From an uncultured Deinococcaceae bacterium (GTDB lineage Bacteria > Deinococcota > Deinococci > Deinococcales > Deinococcaceae): a stretch of 64,000 bases of DNA. The DNA is taken from contig CAXULY010000004.1 in assembly GCA_964252075.1 (NCBI GenBank), positions 1-64,000 of the forward strand, read 5' to 3'. Positions within the stretch are counted from its first letter, which is position 1. Every line of letters starts with the position of its first letter. This document shows positions 12,639 to 23,229 of the stretch, in pieces. The notes beneath the pieces were generated by a model. It worked only from the letters and a program-made list of their open reading frames with translations, was not told the DNA's origin and did no database searches. The position numbers and the translations under genes are program-made.

Positions 12639-13349
12639 TTAGGAGTGCGCCTGCAGGGCCCGCCACGCGCGGAACGTCGCGGGGAACAGCGGCTCACTCA
12701 GAGCGGCGAGCGCCCGCGCGTACAGCTGCGTCTCGAACTGCGCGCCCTTGTGGTCCCGCAACTCCAGGAAGTGCAGCAGCGCCCGCACATTGCACGTGAA
12801 GTAGAACTCGGTGTACAGCGCGAGCGGCAGCACGCCCCGCGCCTGCTCGCGCGTCACGCCGAGGGAGAGCAGCTCCTGGTACGCGGCGTACGCGGACGCC
12901 CACGCCGCTGCCCACACCTCATGCGCGCGCGCCTGATCCAGCGCGTCCGTCGCCTCCACGCTCGCCTGCCGGTTGCTCTTCGCCTGCTGCCGAAAGCTCA
13001 GGGGCGTGTACACCTGCTCCTTGACCTCCACATACCGCCCGGAGATCTCGTTGTAACTCGCGATGCGGTGGCGCATCCACTGCCGCACCACGAAGATCGG
13101 CGCCACGACCTTGAAGGTCAGGCTGTTGTGCTCGAAGGGACTGCCGTGCTTCTCGCGCAGCAGGTACGCGATGAGCTTCTCGTCACGCGCGTCCAGGGGC
13201 GCAGCGTTGTCCCCTCCGAAACTCACGCGCGCGGCATTCACGATGCTCTTGTCGCTCCCCATGAAATCCACGAGCCCCACACTCCCAATGCCGTCTCCGA
13301 GCGGGTACAGGACTTCAGCGGCGGTCACTGGGGCGGTGGTGGCGGTCAT
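12639..13349 (-). CDS. thyX: Flavin-dependent thymidylate synthase
   Basis: HGSPFEH, RHR-x7-S motif (RHRIASYNEISGRY), REQARGVLP. Confidence 0.96.
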   Translation of the reverse strand: MTATTAPVTAAEVLYPLGDGIGSVGLVDFMGSDKSIVNAARVSFGGDNAAPLDARDEKLIAYLLREKHGSPFEHNSLTFKVVAPIFVVRQWMRHRIASYNEISGRYVEVKEQVYTPLSFRQQAKSNRQASVEATDALDQARAHEVWAAAWASAYAAYQELLSLGVTREQARGVLPLALYTEFYFTCNVRALLHFLELRDHKGAQFETQLYARALAALSEPLFPATFRAWRALQAHS

Positions 13350-13358
13350 GCCCACAGC

Positions 13359-13898
13359 CTACCGCGAGGCGCCAGGGCCATGCTGAGGGCCGAGCGCTGC
13401 GCTCACCACGGCGAGGTCCAGACCGCCCGCCTGGAGCGCCGCGCGGAACTGCTCGTCCGTGACGGGCAGCACGGAGAGCCGCGTGCCGCGCTGCAAGAGG
13501 GCCGAGCCCTGCCACTCGGGGAGGGCGCGCAGGTCGTCCAGGCTGAGCGCGCGCGGGAGGGCCGCGACGGGCGCCACATCCACCATGCTCCAGCGCGGGT
13601 TGTCACGTGGGCTGCGCGGGTCGTGATACGGGCTGGTCGGGTCGAACTGCAGGTTGTCCGGGTGGGCGGCCCGCACGACGCGCGCCACACCCACCACCCC
13701 TCCACCCTCCACGCCACCCGTGTACCGCGCGACCGAGTGGTAGAACAGCGCGAGGTCACCCACCCGCATGAGGCGCAGGTTGTTGCGCGCCTGGTAGTTG
13801 CGCACGCCGTTCCACGGCTCCACACCCACGCGCTCCAGGTGCGGGTAGCCGAACACGTCCGGTTCACTCTTGAGCAGCCAGCGGGAAGGTGCGGTCAT
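13359..13898 (-). CDS. EVE domain protein
   Basis: WLLKSEP, WNGVRNYQARN, FYHS, RLSVLPV. Confidence 0.93.
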   Translation of the reverse strand: MTAPSRWLLKSEPDVFGYPHLERVGVEPWNGVRNYQARNNLRLMRVGDLALFYHSVARYTGGVEGGGVVGVARVVRAAHPDNLQFDPTSPYHDPRSPRDNPRWSMVDVAPVAALPRALSLDDLRALPEWQGSALLQRGTRLSVLPVTDEQFRAALQAGGLDLAVVSAALGPQHGPGASR

Positions 13899-13992
13899 GC
13901 CCCTCAGGGTAAAGGAGCGGGTGGGCCGCCCGCAGCGCGACGGTGCAGAGAAGCACCGTCGCGCGCGGGGCGGGGGGCTACAGTGAGGGCCT

Positions 13993-15069
13993 ATGCGCCG
14001 CTCCCCGTGGCTTCCGGTCCTGATCCTCCTCGCCCTGGGCGTGTACGCGCTCCCCAAGGGTCAAGGCGAGTTGCCGCCCCTCGCTGGCGATCACCTCGCG
14101 GTGCCGACCGTCACGGCGCCCAAACCGCTGCCCGCAGACGTGCAGCAGCTGTTCAGCAAGTCCCGCGCGGCGAGCGTGCGGGTGGAGCAGCGCGACAGCC
14201 AGGGCAACCTGCTCGCCATCGGGAGTGGCTTCTTCATCAACGCGCAGGGGCAGTTCCTCACGGCGTACCACGTGGTGGAGGGCGGACGCATCTTCAGCGT
14301 GAAGACCGTGAGTGGCCGCAGCTTCTTCGCAGACATGGTGGGCTTCGACAACGCCGCGGACCTCGCGCTCTTGAAGATCCGCAGCCGCGGTCAGGTGCCG
14401 TTCCTGCCGCTCGCGGAGCGCAGCCCCCGCGTGGGCGAGCGGGTGCTCGCCATCGGGAACAGCCACGACCAGTTCCTGCAGCCGCGCCGCGGCAGCCTGC
14501 TGCGCCTGAACGCCACCGCGGAACGCGCGGACTTCCCGGAGGGCACGCTGGAGATGAGCGCGCCCCTCGCGCCCGGCGATTCCGGCGGCCCGATCCTCGG
14601 GCCGGACGGGCGCGCGATCGGCGTGGTGAGTTACATCCGCGTGGACGACAACGACCAGACCCTCACCAGTTACGCCGTGCCGGTCTCCGCACAGAACAAC
14701 GTGCTGCGGGACCTGCGCGCGGGCGTGAAGCGCGACGTGCCTGCGCTCGGCGTGACGGGCTCCGCGCACGGCTTCAGTTACGGGCAGGACGGCGTGCCGG
14801 TCGGCAGCGTGACGCCCGGCGGTCCCGCCGCGCGCGCCGGCCTGCGCGGCGAGCGTCCGCAGGGCAGCGGCGAGAAGGTGCGCTTCGAGTCGGACGTGAT
14901 CCTGAAGGTGGACGGCGAGCGCGTGTCGGACTTCAACGACCTGGTGTTCCAGGTACGCCGCCGGCACATTGGGGAGACCGTGACGCTCACCGTGCGGCGC
15001 GGCGACCAGACCCTGAAGCTGCCCGTGAAGCTCGCCGCGAAGGGCAGCTTCAACCACGACGGCGAGTGA
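13993..15069 (+). CDS. S1C (HtrA/DegP-like) serine protease with PDZ domain
   Basis: Catalytic triad TAYHVV / DLALL / GDSGG; N-terminal anchor; C-terminal PDZ. Confidence 0.92.
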   Translation: MRRSPWLPVLILLALGVYALPKGQGELPPLAGDHLAVPTVTAPKPLPADVQQLFSKSRAASVRVEQRDSQGNLLAIGSGFFINAQGQFLTAYHVVEGGRIFSVKTVSGRSFFADMVGFDNAADLALLKIRSRGQVPFLPLAERSPRVGERVLAIGNSHDQFLQPRRGSLLRLNATAERADFPEGTLEMSAPLAPGDSGGPILGPDGRAIGVVSYIRVDDNDQTLTSYAVPVSAQNNVLRDLRAGVKRDVPALGVTGSAHGFSYGQDGVPVGSVTPGGPAARAGLRGERPQGSGEKVRFESDVILKVDGERVSDFNDLVFQVRRRHIGETVTLTVRRGDQTLKLPVKLAAKGSFNHDGE

Positions 15070-15075
15070 TACTGG

Positions 15076-15618
15076 TCAAGACGCCTGTAAGCACAGAATG
15101 GCCTCCATTTTCCGAATGAACGGGCCTCGGTACTCCAGGTAGCTCAATTGGACCTGTTGCTCACCTTTACGCAGCAGCATCTGGTGGTCGTTTACTCGTT
15201 TATAAGACCAACCTGACTGGGAAAGCTGCCGGATGAGGCTTTTCAGCGTGTCGTCATTTGAAGAGGTACGCCAGAACAAAATTTCTCTTTCATCTCTACA
15301 GGAAACATCCAAAACGACTTCAGGCCATCCTAGATTGTAGAGTCCAAAACGAATTTTTGCAGCTTGATTCCCTATGTCTGTGGATACGCCATCAAATATA
15401 TTTAATCTGCCATGTCTATTGTAGTTGCTTCGCGAATAGTAGATGCGGTACGCTGAATATCCTACTTTCGATTGAAGCAGTGCGGAGAAATCTTCTTTAC
15501 TTCCTGATGGTGGTACGGCATACCGGTACACCATTGGCACGAGTAAAGAGGCCGCCAGCAGAAGGACGTACCAGACAATGGACGGGCCTGCTTTCGATGC
15601 TCCTCGTGCGCTCGCCAT
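15076..15618 (-). CDS. Low-GC hypothetical membrane-anchored protein
   Basis: Open frame with one N-terminal TM segment; AT-rich; TACACT upstream; start uncertain. Confidence 0.6.
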   Translation of the reverse strand: MASARGASKAGPSIVWYVLLLAASLLVPMVYRYAVPPSGSKEDFSALLQSKVGYSAYRIYYSRSNYNRHGRLNIFDGVSTDIGNQAAKIRFGLYNLGWPEVVLDVSCRDEREILFWRTSSNDDTLKSLIRQLSQSGWSYKRVNDHQMLLRKGEQQVQLSYLEYRGPFIRKMEAILCLQAS

Positions 15619-15662
15619 GGGTTGTCTCAGTGTAGGGCGCACTCGAAATCCTGCAAGCTCAG

Positions 15663-15691
15663 AAGGAGGACAAAGATTTTTTGTCCTCCCC
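15663..15691 (-). terminator. Hairpin after the Cld/ChdC-family gene
   Basis: ggaggacaaa..tttgtcctcc. Confidence 0.6.
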
Positions 15692-15705
15692 TTGGAATAT
15701 GGTTG

Positions 15706-16517
15706 TCAGCTCAGGTCGGCCAGGATGCCCGCCACGTCCTTCTTCACGCAGGTGAACATGGGCGTGTCGGACAGCGTGTACAGGCTCGCCTCGGTGTAAC
15801 GCAGTCGCCCCACGAGGTCCACGAATTCCTGTGGGTAGTCGCTGTCGAAGGCCACGATGAACTCCTGGTCGTCGATGCCGTAACTGTAGCTGGTGTTCAG
15901 GCGCACGCCCTTGAAGGGCCCCGACGCGTAGATGTGCTCGTCCATCATGCCCTGACGGGCGTGCGGGGAGAGGTCGTACCACGCGCGGGTCTTCACGAAG
16001 GGGTACACGAACAGGTACGTGCCCTCGCCGGGCAGCAGTTCCAGGCCGTGCCCGCTGCCCTCCACGCGGTTCACGTACTGGCTGCGCTTCTGCATGGAGA
16101 TGAAGTGGTGCGGCTGCGTGAGGTAACCCGCGAGGCGCGTGCGGTTCACGCGCGCCTGCGCCTCCTGGAAGTCCCGCAGGTCGAAAGCGATGCGCCACAG
16201 CATGAAGTCCGCCTCGCTGCGCGTGCCGACCGTGGAGTACGTGCGCTGGATGAGGCCCTTCGGGGCGGGCGCGTCCGTCCAGCCCTCCACCGCCGCCTGG
16301 AACTCGGCTTTCAGTTCGTCCTGCTCGGCGCGCGGGAGGCGCCGGAAGCTGGGGTCCAGCTTGTAGAAGGCGTAGTTCAGGTACTGGCGCTGCGCGCGGT
16401 CCGGGTCCTTCTGCGTGACCTGTCCGCTGGGATCGAGGTCCACCATCATGCGGGGGCGCTGCGGGCGGCTGGGCTGGCCGCCTTCAGGGGTGGTGCCGGT
16501 GGGGCGGTCCTGTTCGC

Positions 16518-16521
<4 letters not shown>
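15706..16521 (-). CDS. Chlorite dismutase / coproheme decarboxylase (HemQ/ChdC) family protein
   Basis: YPFVK..WY, MMDEH proximal His, [12 protein letters not shown]. Confidence 0.85.
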
Positions 16522-17552
<1,031 letters not shown>

Positions 17553-17656
17553 GCCCGCATCATTCCACGCGGCAAAAAGGACATTGTGCCCCGACCGCAC
17601 GGTCAGGCGCAGGAAACGGATGGTCCCGGCGCGGTGCCGTCATCCACACTGCCGCT

Positions 17657-18223
17657 ATGCATGTCACCCTGAGCTTCAGGGTCTTCTACTTCGGCACGCC
17701 CGTCGTGCTGATCAGCGCCCGTAACCCGGACGACAGCGCGAACCTCGCACCCATTTCGTCGGCGTGGTGGCTGGACGACCGCTGCATGCTGGGCATGAGC
17801 CGCCGCTTATAGACCGTGCAGAGCCAAGAGCGCGTGCCGCTGCATCCTGGATTCCCCGGAGGCCGGGCTGGTGGATCAGGTGGATCGCCTCGCCCTCACC
17901 ACCGGGCGCGACCCTGTACCAGAGGACAAAGCCTGGATGCATTACCGCTTCAAGGCGCGCAGGTCCGAGCGGGCCTGACCCCCGTGATCTGTGGGGACGG
18001 CTGGCCGCCACGCGTCGCGGAGTGCCCCGTGCAGCTGGAGGTGGAGGACCTGCGAAACTGCGCCAAACCGCATCTGGTGACCGTCCAGGCGCACATTGCG
18101 CGGACCTGGGTGGACGAGCGCCTGCTGAATCCGGACCGCTGGCGTCCCCTCATCATGGGTTTCTGCGCGTTCTACAGACTGGGCGGGGTGTTGCGCCCCT
18201 GGCAGCTGGCGGAGGTGTTCTGA
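17657..18223 (+). pseudogene. Flavin reductase (DIM6/NTAB-like) family pseudogene
   Basis: YFGTPVVLIS..NLAPISSAWW is followed by TAG at 17810. VDRLALTTG lies in another frame. PPRVAECPVQLE..PDRWRPLIM resumes the original frame. Confidence 0.8.
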
Positions 18224-18275
18224 CGCGGTGCTGCCTGCCCTGGGCGCGGCTGCGTCAGGCCCGTATGCTGGCAGG

Positions 18276-18977
18276 GTGCGCGCCACCTTCCTGTTGTTTC
18301 TCGTGCCCGTGCTGCTGTTCGCGCTGATGGTGGTGGCGCTGATCGTGCTGGCCATCCGGCGGGCGCTCGCGTCCAACCGCCCGGATGCGCGCGCCACGTA
18401 CCGCGCGCAGGCCGCCGCGGAACTGGAGGCGGACCGCGCGTCGCTGGCGCCCACTCCTCCGCCGGAGGCGCTGCGGGCGCTGGGGCGCTCGCAGTACCGC
18501 AGTTTTGGGTTCATCAACGTGAGCGGTGAGGTGCGCCTCCCGGATGGGCGGGACGTGGCGCGCTGGCGCCTGCGCTGGGGCGCGGGCGCGCAGGACGCCG
18601 TGATCGTCACGCGCGCGCACACCTGGACGCTCGCGTCCGGTGCGGGCGGTGTGACGGTCACGCGCGACGGGCAGCCCTTCGGGACGCTGGTGGGCGGCGC
18701 CCTCCTGGACGCCACGGGCGCCACCGTCGGTGAGCTGGGGCGGGCGCTCGGCGGGTGGCAGCCTGTGCTGCTTTTCGGGCGGGCGGCGGGCGAGCTGAAC
18801 GTGGGCGCGCTCGTGAACCACTGGACGCCCATCGTGATCGGGACGCGCGTGGTGGGCGGCGACCCGCTCGTGCGGGACGTGCCGCGGGACGCCAGTGACG
18901 CCGCGCGCGCGTGGCTGACCCTGCTGGCCCTGCGCACGGAAGTGGAGCGCGGCCGCAGCCTCTCCAACCAGACCTGA
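18276..18977 (+). CDS. Hypothetical protein with N-terminal TM helix
   Basis: TATGCT 6 nt before the GTG; hydrophobic N-terminus; GC3-rich frame. Confidence 0.7.
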   Translation: MRATFLLFLVPVLLFALMVVALIVLAIRRALASNRPDARATYRAQAAAELEADRASLAPTPPPEALRALGRSQYRSFGFINVSGEVRLPDGRDVARWRLRWGAGAQDAVIVTRAHTWTLASGAGGVTVTRDGQPFGTLVGGALLDATGATVGELGRALGGWQPVLLFGRAAGELNVGALVNHWTPIVIGTRVVGGDPLVRDVPRDASDAARAWLTLLALRTEVERGRSLSNQT

Positions 18978-19038
18978 AGGGGGCTCGGGCGCCGGCGGAT
19001 TTGCGGGCCGTGCGGGGCGCGCCGCTGGATACACTGCC

Positions 19039-19404
19039 GTGATGCTCAAACATGTTTCCTTCGTCACGCCGAAAGCGGACGCCATCCAGGAGTTCTACAC
19101 CGAGTTGGGCGCGCAGCTGGACAAGGACGTGACCGCCCCGGACGGTCTGCGCCGCCTGGTGCTGCGGTTTGAGAACGGTGGGCAGCTGCAGTTCTTCGTG
19201 ACGGACCAGATGTCACCGACGGTCGGGGCGGAGTGGCTGGAGCACATTGCGGTGGAACTCACGGATTTCGAGGTGGGCGTGCAGGCCATGCGGGCCCTGC
19301 GCGCGCCGTTCATCCGGGAGGTGGAGACGCTGCCGAGCGGGCGGCGCGTGACCTTCGTGCTGGACCCGGACGGGCGGCACGTGGAGCTGCTGGAACAGCG
19401 CTGA
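19039..19404 (+). CDS. VOC/glyoxalase family protein
   Basis: LKHVSF, EHIAVE, FVLDPDGRHVEL. Confidence 0.9.
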   Translation: MMLKHVSFVTPKADAIQEFYTELGAQLDKDVTAPDGLRRLVLRFENGGQLQFFVTDQMSPTVGAEWLEHIAVELTDFEVGVQAMRALRAPFIREVETLPSGRRVTFVLDPDGRHVELLEQR

Positions 19405-19426
19405 AGGTCAGGCGTATGCTCGCGTC

Positions 19427-20020
19427 GTGACGGACGTGGGTTCGGACTGGGGCGCGTTCGCGCGGGCCACCGCGGGGCGCGGGCTGCGCCCGCTGCTCGC
19501 GGAGGCGCTGGGGTTCCTGCCGGGCGCGCCGGGACGGGCGCTGGACCTGGGGTGCGGGGCGGGCAACGACACGTTGGCGCTGCTGGAGGGCGGCTGGACC
19601 GTCACGGCGCTGGATGGCAGCGCGGAGGCGCTGGCGGTGCTGCGCGCGCGGGCGGAGGCGCACGCCGCGCGACTCACGCTGATTGAGGGGCCATTCACGG
19701 CGGTGCCTGATGGGCCGTTCGAGCTGGTGTACGCGAGCCTCAGCCTGCCCTTCTGCCCGCCGCGCCACTGGGCGGCGAGCTGGGCGGCGGCGCGTGGCGC
19801 GCTCGCGCCGGGCGGGGTGCTGGCCGCGACGCTGTTCGGCGTGCGGGACGACTGGATGGGCACGCCCGACATGACCTTTCCCACCGTGGAGGAGCTGCGG
19901 GCCTGCCTGACGGGCCTGGAGACGCCCGTGTGGCGTGAGGAGGAGCGCGTGGTGCCGCTCGCGCTGGGCGGCGAGAAGCGCGCGCACCTCTTCACGGTGA
20001 TCGCGCGCCGTCCCCCCTGA
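19427..20020 (+). CDS. Class I SAM-dependent methyltransferase
   Basis: ALDLGCGAG motif I; SLPFCPP. Confidence 0.9.
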   Translation: MTDVGSDWGAFARATAGRGLRPLLAEALGFLPGAPGRALDLGCGAGNDTLALLEGGWTVTALDGSAEALAVLRARAEAHAARLTLIEGPFTAVPDGPFELVYASLSLPFCPPRHWAASWAAARGALAPGGVLAATLFGVRDDWMGTPDMTFPTVEELRACLTGLETPVWREEERVVPLALGGEKRAHLFTVIARRPP

Positions 20021-20025
20021 GCCCC

Positions 20026-21126
20026 TTATGGGCCGCGCTTGTAGACGCGGCTGGGGTAGTAGTACTCCTCCATGAGCAGCTTGCCGAGCGCCGCGAGCGG
20101 CACCGCGATCAGCGCGCCCACGATGCCCATGACGGCCACCCCGATCAGGATGGCGAGCACCACCGTGACGGGGTGCAGGTTGGTGGTGCGGCCCAGGATG
20201 AGGGGCGAGAGCACGTGGCCCTCCACCTGATTCGCGATGATGAAGATCACCACGACCAGCAGCACCTTCACCCACCCGGCGGTGGCGGCGAGCAGCAGCG
20301 CGGGCGTGATCGCGATGATGACGCCCAGGTACGGCACGATGTTGAACACGCCCGCCAGGAACCCCAGCGCGAGGGCGCTCGGCACGCCGGACAGCAGCAG
20401 GCCCACGAAGACCAGCAGGCCGACCGCCGCGGCGATCACGATCTGCCCGCGCAGGTACCCGCCCACCGCGCGGTTCACGCCGTGCGACAGGTCCAGCACG
20501 AACGGCTGCCAGGGGCGCGGGAAGACCTGCAGGAGGTTCAGGCCGATCTTCTCGAAGTCCAGCATCATGTAGATGCTGATGATGAGCACCGCGACGGCCT
20601 CAGCGAGGGTGCTCGCGAAGCCGAACAGGCCGCCCACCACGGCGCTGTTGTACTTCTGCAGGTACGGCAGCACGTAGGTGGTCGTGAGTTTCGAGAGGCT
20701 CTGCGCGCTGTTCTCGGTGAGGGACGCGATCTGGCGCTGCAGGGGCTTGAGGGCGCTGTAGCGGTCCGCGAGGTTGTCCACCCAGCCCGTGACGGACGTC
20801 ACGAGTTCCGGGAGGCGCTTGGCGAGGTCGTACAGCTGACCGCCCACCGTGACGAGCAGCGTGGAGAGCAGCACCAGCAGGCCCGCGATGACGAGCAGCA
20901 CCAGCAGCACGCCCAGGCCGCGCGGCACGCGGCGGCGCTGCAGGGCGGCGAGCAGCGGGTGCGCGAGGTACGCGATGATGTAGGCGATGAGGGCCAGCAC
21001 CAGCACGTGCATGACGCTGCCCACCACCTGGTACGCCAGCACCAGCAGCGCCAGAAAGACCGCCACGCGCACCCAGGGGCTGCGCCACACGTACTGAAAA
21101 GCGTTCTCACGGTTCTGTGACTGCAC
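20026..21126 (-). CDS. AI-2E (UPF0118) family transporter
   Basis: GYLRGQ, NIVPYLG, LSPLILG..LHP, IAVPLAA. Confidence 0.92.
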   Translation of the reverse strand: MQSQNRENAFQYVWRSPWVRVAVFLALLVLAYQVVGSVMHVLVLALIAYIIAYLAHPLLAALQRRRVPRGLGVLLVLLVIAGLLVLLSTLLVTVGGQLYDLAKRLPELVTSVTGWVDNLADRYSALKPLQRQIASLTENSAQSLSKLTTTYVLPYLQKYNSAVVGGLFGFASTLAEAVAVLIISIYMMLDFEKIGLNLLQVFPRPWQPFVLDLSHGVNRAVGGYLRGQIVIAAAVGLLVFVGLLLSGVPSALALGFLAGVFNIVPYLGVIIAITPALLLAATAGWVKVLLVVVIFIIANQVEGHVLSPLILGRTTNLHPVTVVLAILIGVAVMGIVGALIAVPLAALGKLLMEEYYYPSRVYKRGP

Positions 21127-21221
21127 TCGGCCTCCCCGCCGAGCTTGCGGCGTGCCTCACGCTAACATGAAGGCGCTCCGGCGGGCCTTGGCCTCGCCTG
21201 CATCGATTCGGCGCCGCGCGG

Positions 21222-22217
21222 TCAGAAGGTGCGCGTGAGGGGCCGTCCGGGCGGCCCGAACGCCTGGGCGGGCTGACCACCGACGCTGAACTGCACGGCG
21301 CCCGCGCTGCCCACACGCACGCTCACGCCCGCCGGGAAGCTCTGCTGGCTGCCGGGCGCGGGAATCCCCTCGTACAGGGTGCGGCTGCCCGCGCGCACGC
21401 GCACCCAGGAGCGCCCCACGAAGCGCAGCGTCACGCCGCCCGCGCTGCTGGTGGCGCTGGTGCTGGCGGTGGCGGCGCTGGTCGCGTTCGTGCTGGTGCC
21501 GCGCGTGCTGGTGGCGGCCACGCCGCCTGCCGCACTGCTCGCTCCCGTGACGGGCACGGCGGGCGTGGCCTTGCCTTTCTGCAGTTTCGCACTCAGGTGC
21601 GCGTCGGCGGTGAGCGTAACGGACTGCCGCACGGGCGCGTACCCGCTGCGCTCCAGGCGCAGCTCGGCGCGGTCGCGGGCGTCCACCGGGAAGTTCGCGA
21701 TGGGCGCGGTGCCCAGGTACACGTTGTCGAGGTACACGCGCGCGCCCGCCGGCTGGGTGCGGACGCTCAGGCGCACCTGACGGCTGCTCGCGAGCGGCAC
21801 GCGGGTGGGTTCCGTCGCGGCCTGCCCGTTCTGGCTGGTGGAGGAGCGGTAGTACGCGTAGCCGCCCCAGGCGAGCGCGCCCACCACCACCACGCCGCTC
21901 AGCACGGTGGCGATCAGCCCGGCGGGCAGTTGCGGGCCGCGCCGCGCGCGCGGTGCGCGGCGCACCGCCTGCGCCATCTCGGGGCTCATGGGGATCAGGC
22001 GGTCGAAGTCCGTGAGGAGCGCGCTGGGTTCCAGGTTCAGCTCGCGGGCGTAGCGCTGCAGGTAGCCGCGCGCGAAGGTGCGTTCCGGCAGGCGCGTGAC
22101 GTCGCCCTGCTCCAGCGCCTCCAGGAAGTCGGCGCGGATTTTGGTGCGGGCGGCCACGTCGGCCAGGGTGAGGCCCTGCTGCTCTCGGGCACTTTTGAGT
22201 TGCTCGCCAAACTTCAC
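21222..22217 (-). CDS. RodZ-like protein (HTH, TM, PEGA-like segment, DUF4115)
   Basis: TKIRADFLEALEQG..FARGYLQRYA; TQPAGARVYLDN; SWVRV..VGSAGAV. Confidence 0.8.
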   Translation of the reverse strand: MKFGEQLKSAREQQGLTLADVAARTKIRADFLEALEQGDVTRLPERTFARGYLQRYARELNLEPSALLTDFDRLIPMSPEMAQAVRRAPRARRGPQLPAGLIATVLSGVVVVGALAWGGYAYYRSSTSQNGQAATEPTRVPLASSRQVRLSVRTQPAGARVYLDNVYLGTAPIANFPVDARDRAELRLERSGYAPVRQSVTLTADAHLSAKLQKGKATPAVPVTGASSAAGGVAATSTRGTSTNATSAATASTSATSSAGGVTLRFVGRSWVRVRAGSRTLYEGIPAPGSQQSFPAGVSVRVGSAGAVQFSVGGQPAQAFGPPGRPLTRTF

Positions 22218-22317
22218 GGTGACCTCTCCTCCGTAGTGTAGCGGCTCGCGCGGTGCGTTCCCAGTGCGCGCAACGAAACGCCCCCCGCAGGAGCGGGGGG
22301 CATCGGGCCTTGGTCCT

Positions 22318-23229
22318 TCAGCCGTCGAAGGGCCGACCGACCGCCTTGGGCGCCGCGGAGCGGCCCGTGAAGATCAGCGCGATGATGGTCACGACGTACG
22401 GCAGCACCTGCACGAAGCTGCTGGGCAGCAGGTTCTGGCCGTCCAGCTCGATGCTGAGCGCCTGCAGGAACCCGAACAGCAGCGTCGCGCCGAACACCCC
22501 GAGCGGCTTCCACTGCCCGAAGATCAGCGCGGCGAGCGCGATGAAGCCCTGCCCGGCGCTGAGGTTGCGGGTGAAGGCGTTCAGGTTCCCGATGGACAGG
22601 AACACCCCGGCGGTGCCCGCCAGCACGCCGGACAGGATGACGGCGCTGTAGCGCATGCGGCGCACGTTCACGCCCATGCTGGCGGCCGCCTCGGGCTTCT
22701 CGCCGCTGGCGCGCAGGCGCAGGCCGTACGGCGTGCGGTACATGACGTACCACGTCACGATGGTGGCGAGCAGCGCGAAGTACACGGGCGGGCTGAAGCG
22801 CAGGTCCCCCACCCCCCACAGCGGGAGCGGGTGCTGCACGGGCGTGCTGTCGGTGGTGGAGTGGTAGATGGCGCCCAGCACCACGGCGGGCACGCCCGTC
22901 GCGAGGAGGTTGATGGCGGTGCCGCTGATGACCTGGTCGGCGCGGTACTTGATGCTCACCACGCCGTGCACCCACGCGATGAAACCCGCGATGCCCGCGC
23001 CCGCCAGCCACCCTACCCACGGGGCGAGCGCGCCCAAGGAGTTGTCGAGCAGCTGCGTGATGATCGCGCCGCCCAGCGCGCCGAAGATGATGAGGCCCTC
23101 CAGCGCGATGTTCACGATGCCGCTGCGCTCGCTGTACAGGCCGCCGAGGGCGGTGAGGAGCAGCGGGACGGTGCTGCGGATGAGGGTCGCGAGGAAACTG
23201 ACCGTCAGGATGGAAGCCCAGAACTCCAT
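22318..23229 (-). CDS. Nucleoside/sugar ABC permease (BPD_transp_2)
   Basis: [38 protein letters not shown]. Confidence 0.92.
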   Translation of the reverse strand: MEFWASILTVSFLATLIRSTVPLLLTALGGLYSERSGIVNIALEGLIIFGALGGAIITQLLDNSLGALAPWVGWLAGAGIAGFIAWVHGVVSIKYRADQVISGTAINLLATGVPAVVLGAIYHSTTDSTPVQHPLPLWGVGDLRFSPPVYFALLATIVTWYVMYRTPYGLRLRASGEKPEAAASMGVNVRRMRYSAVILSGVLAGTAGVFLSIGNLNAFTRNLSAGQGFIALAALIFGQWKPLGVFGATLLFGFLQALSIELDGQNLLPSSFVQVLPYVVTIIALIFTGRSAAPKAVGRPFDG

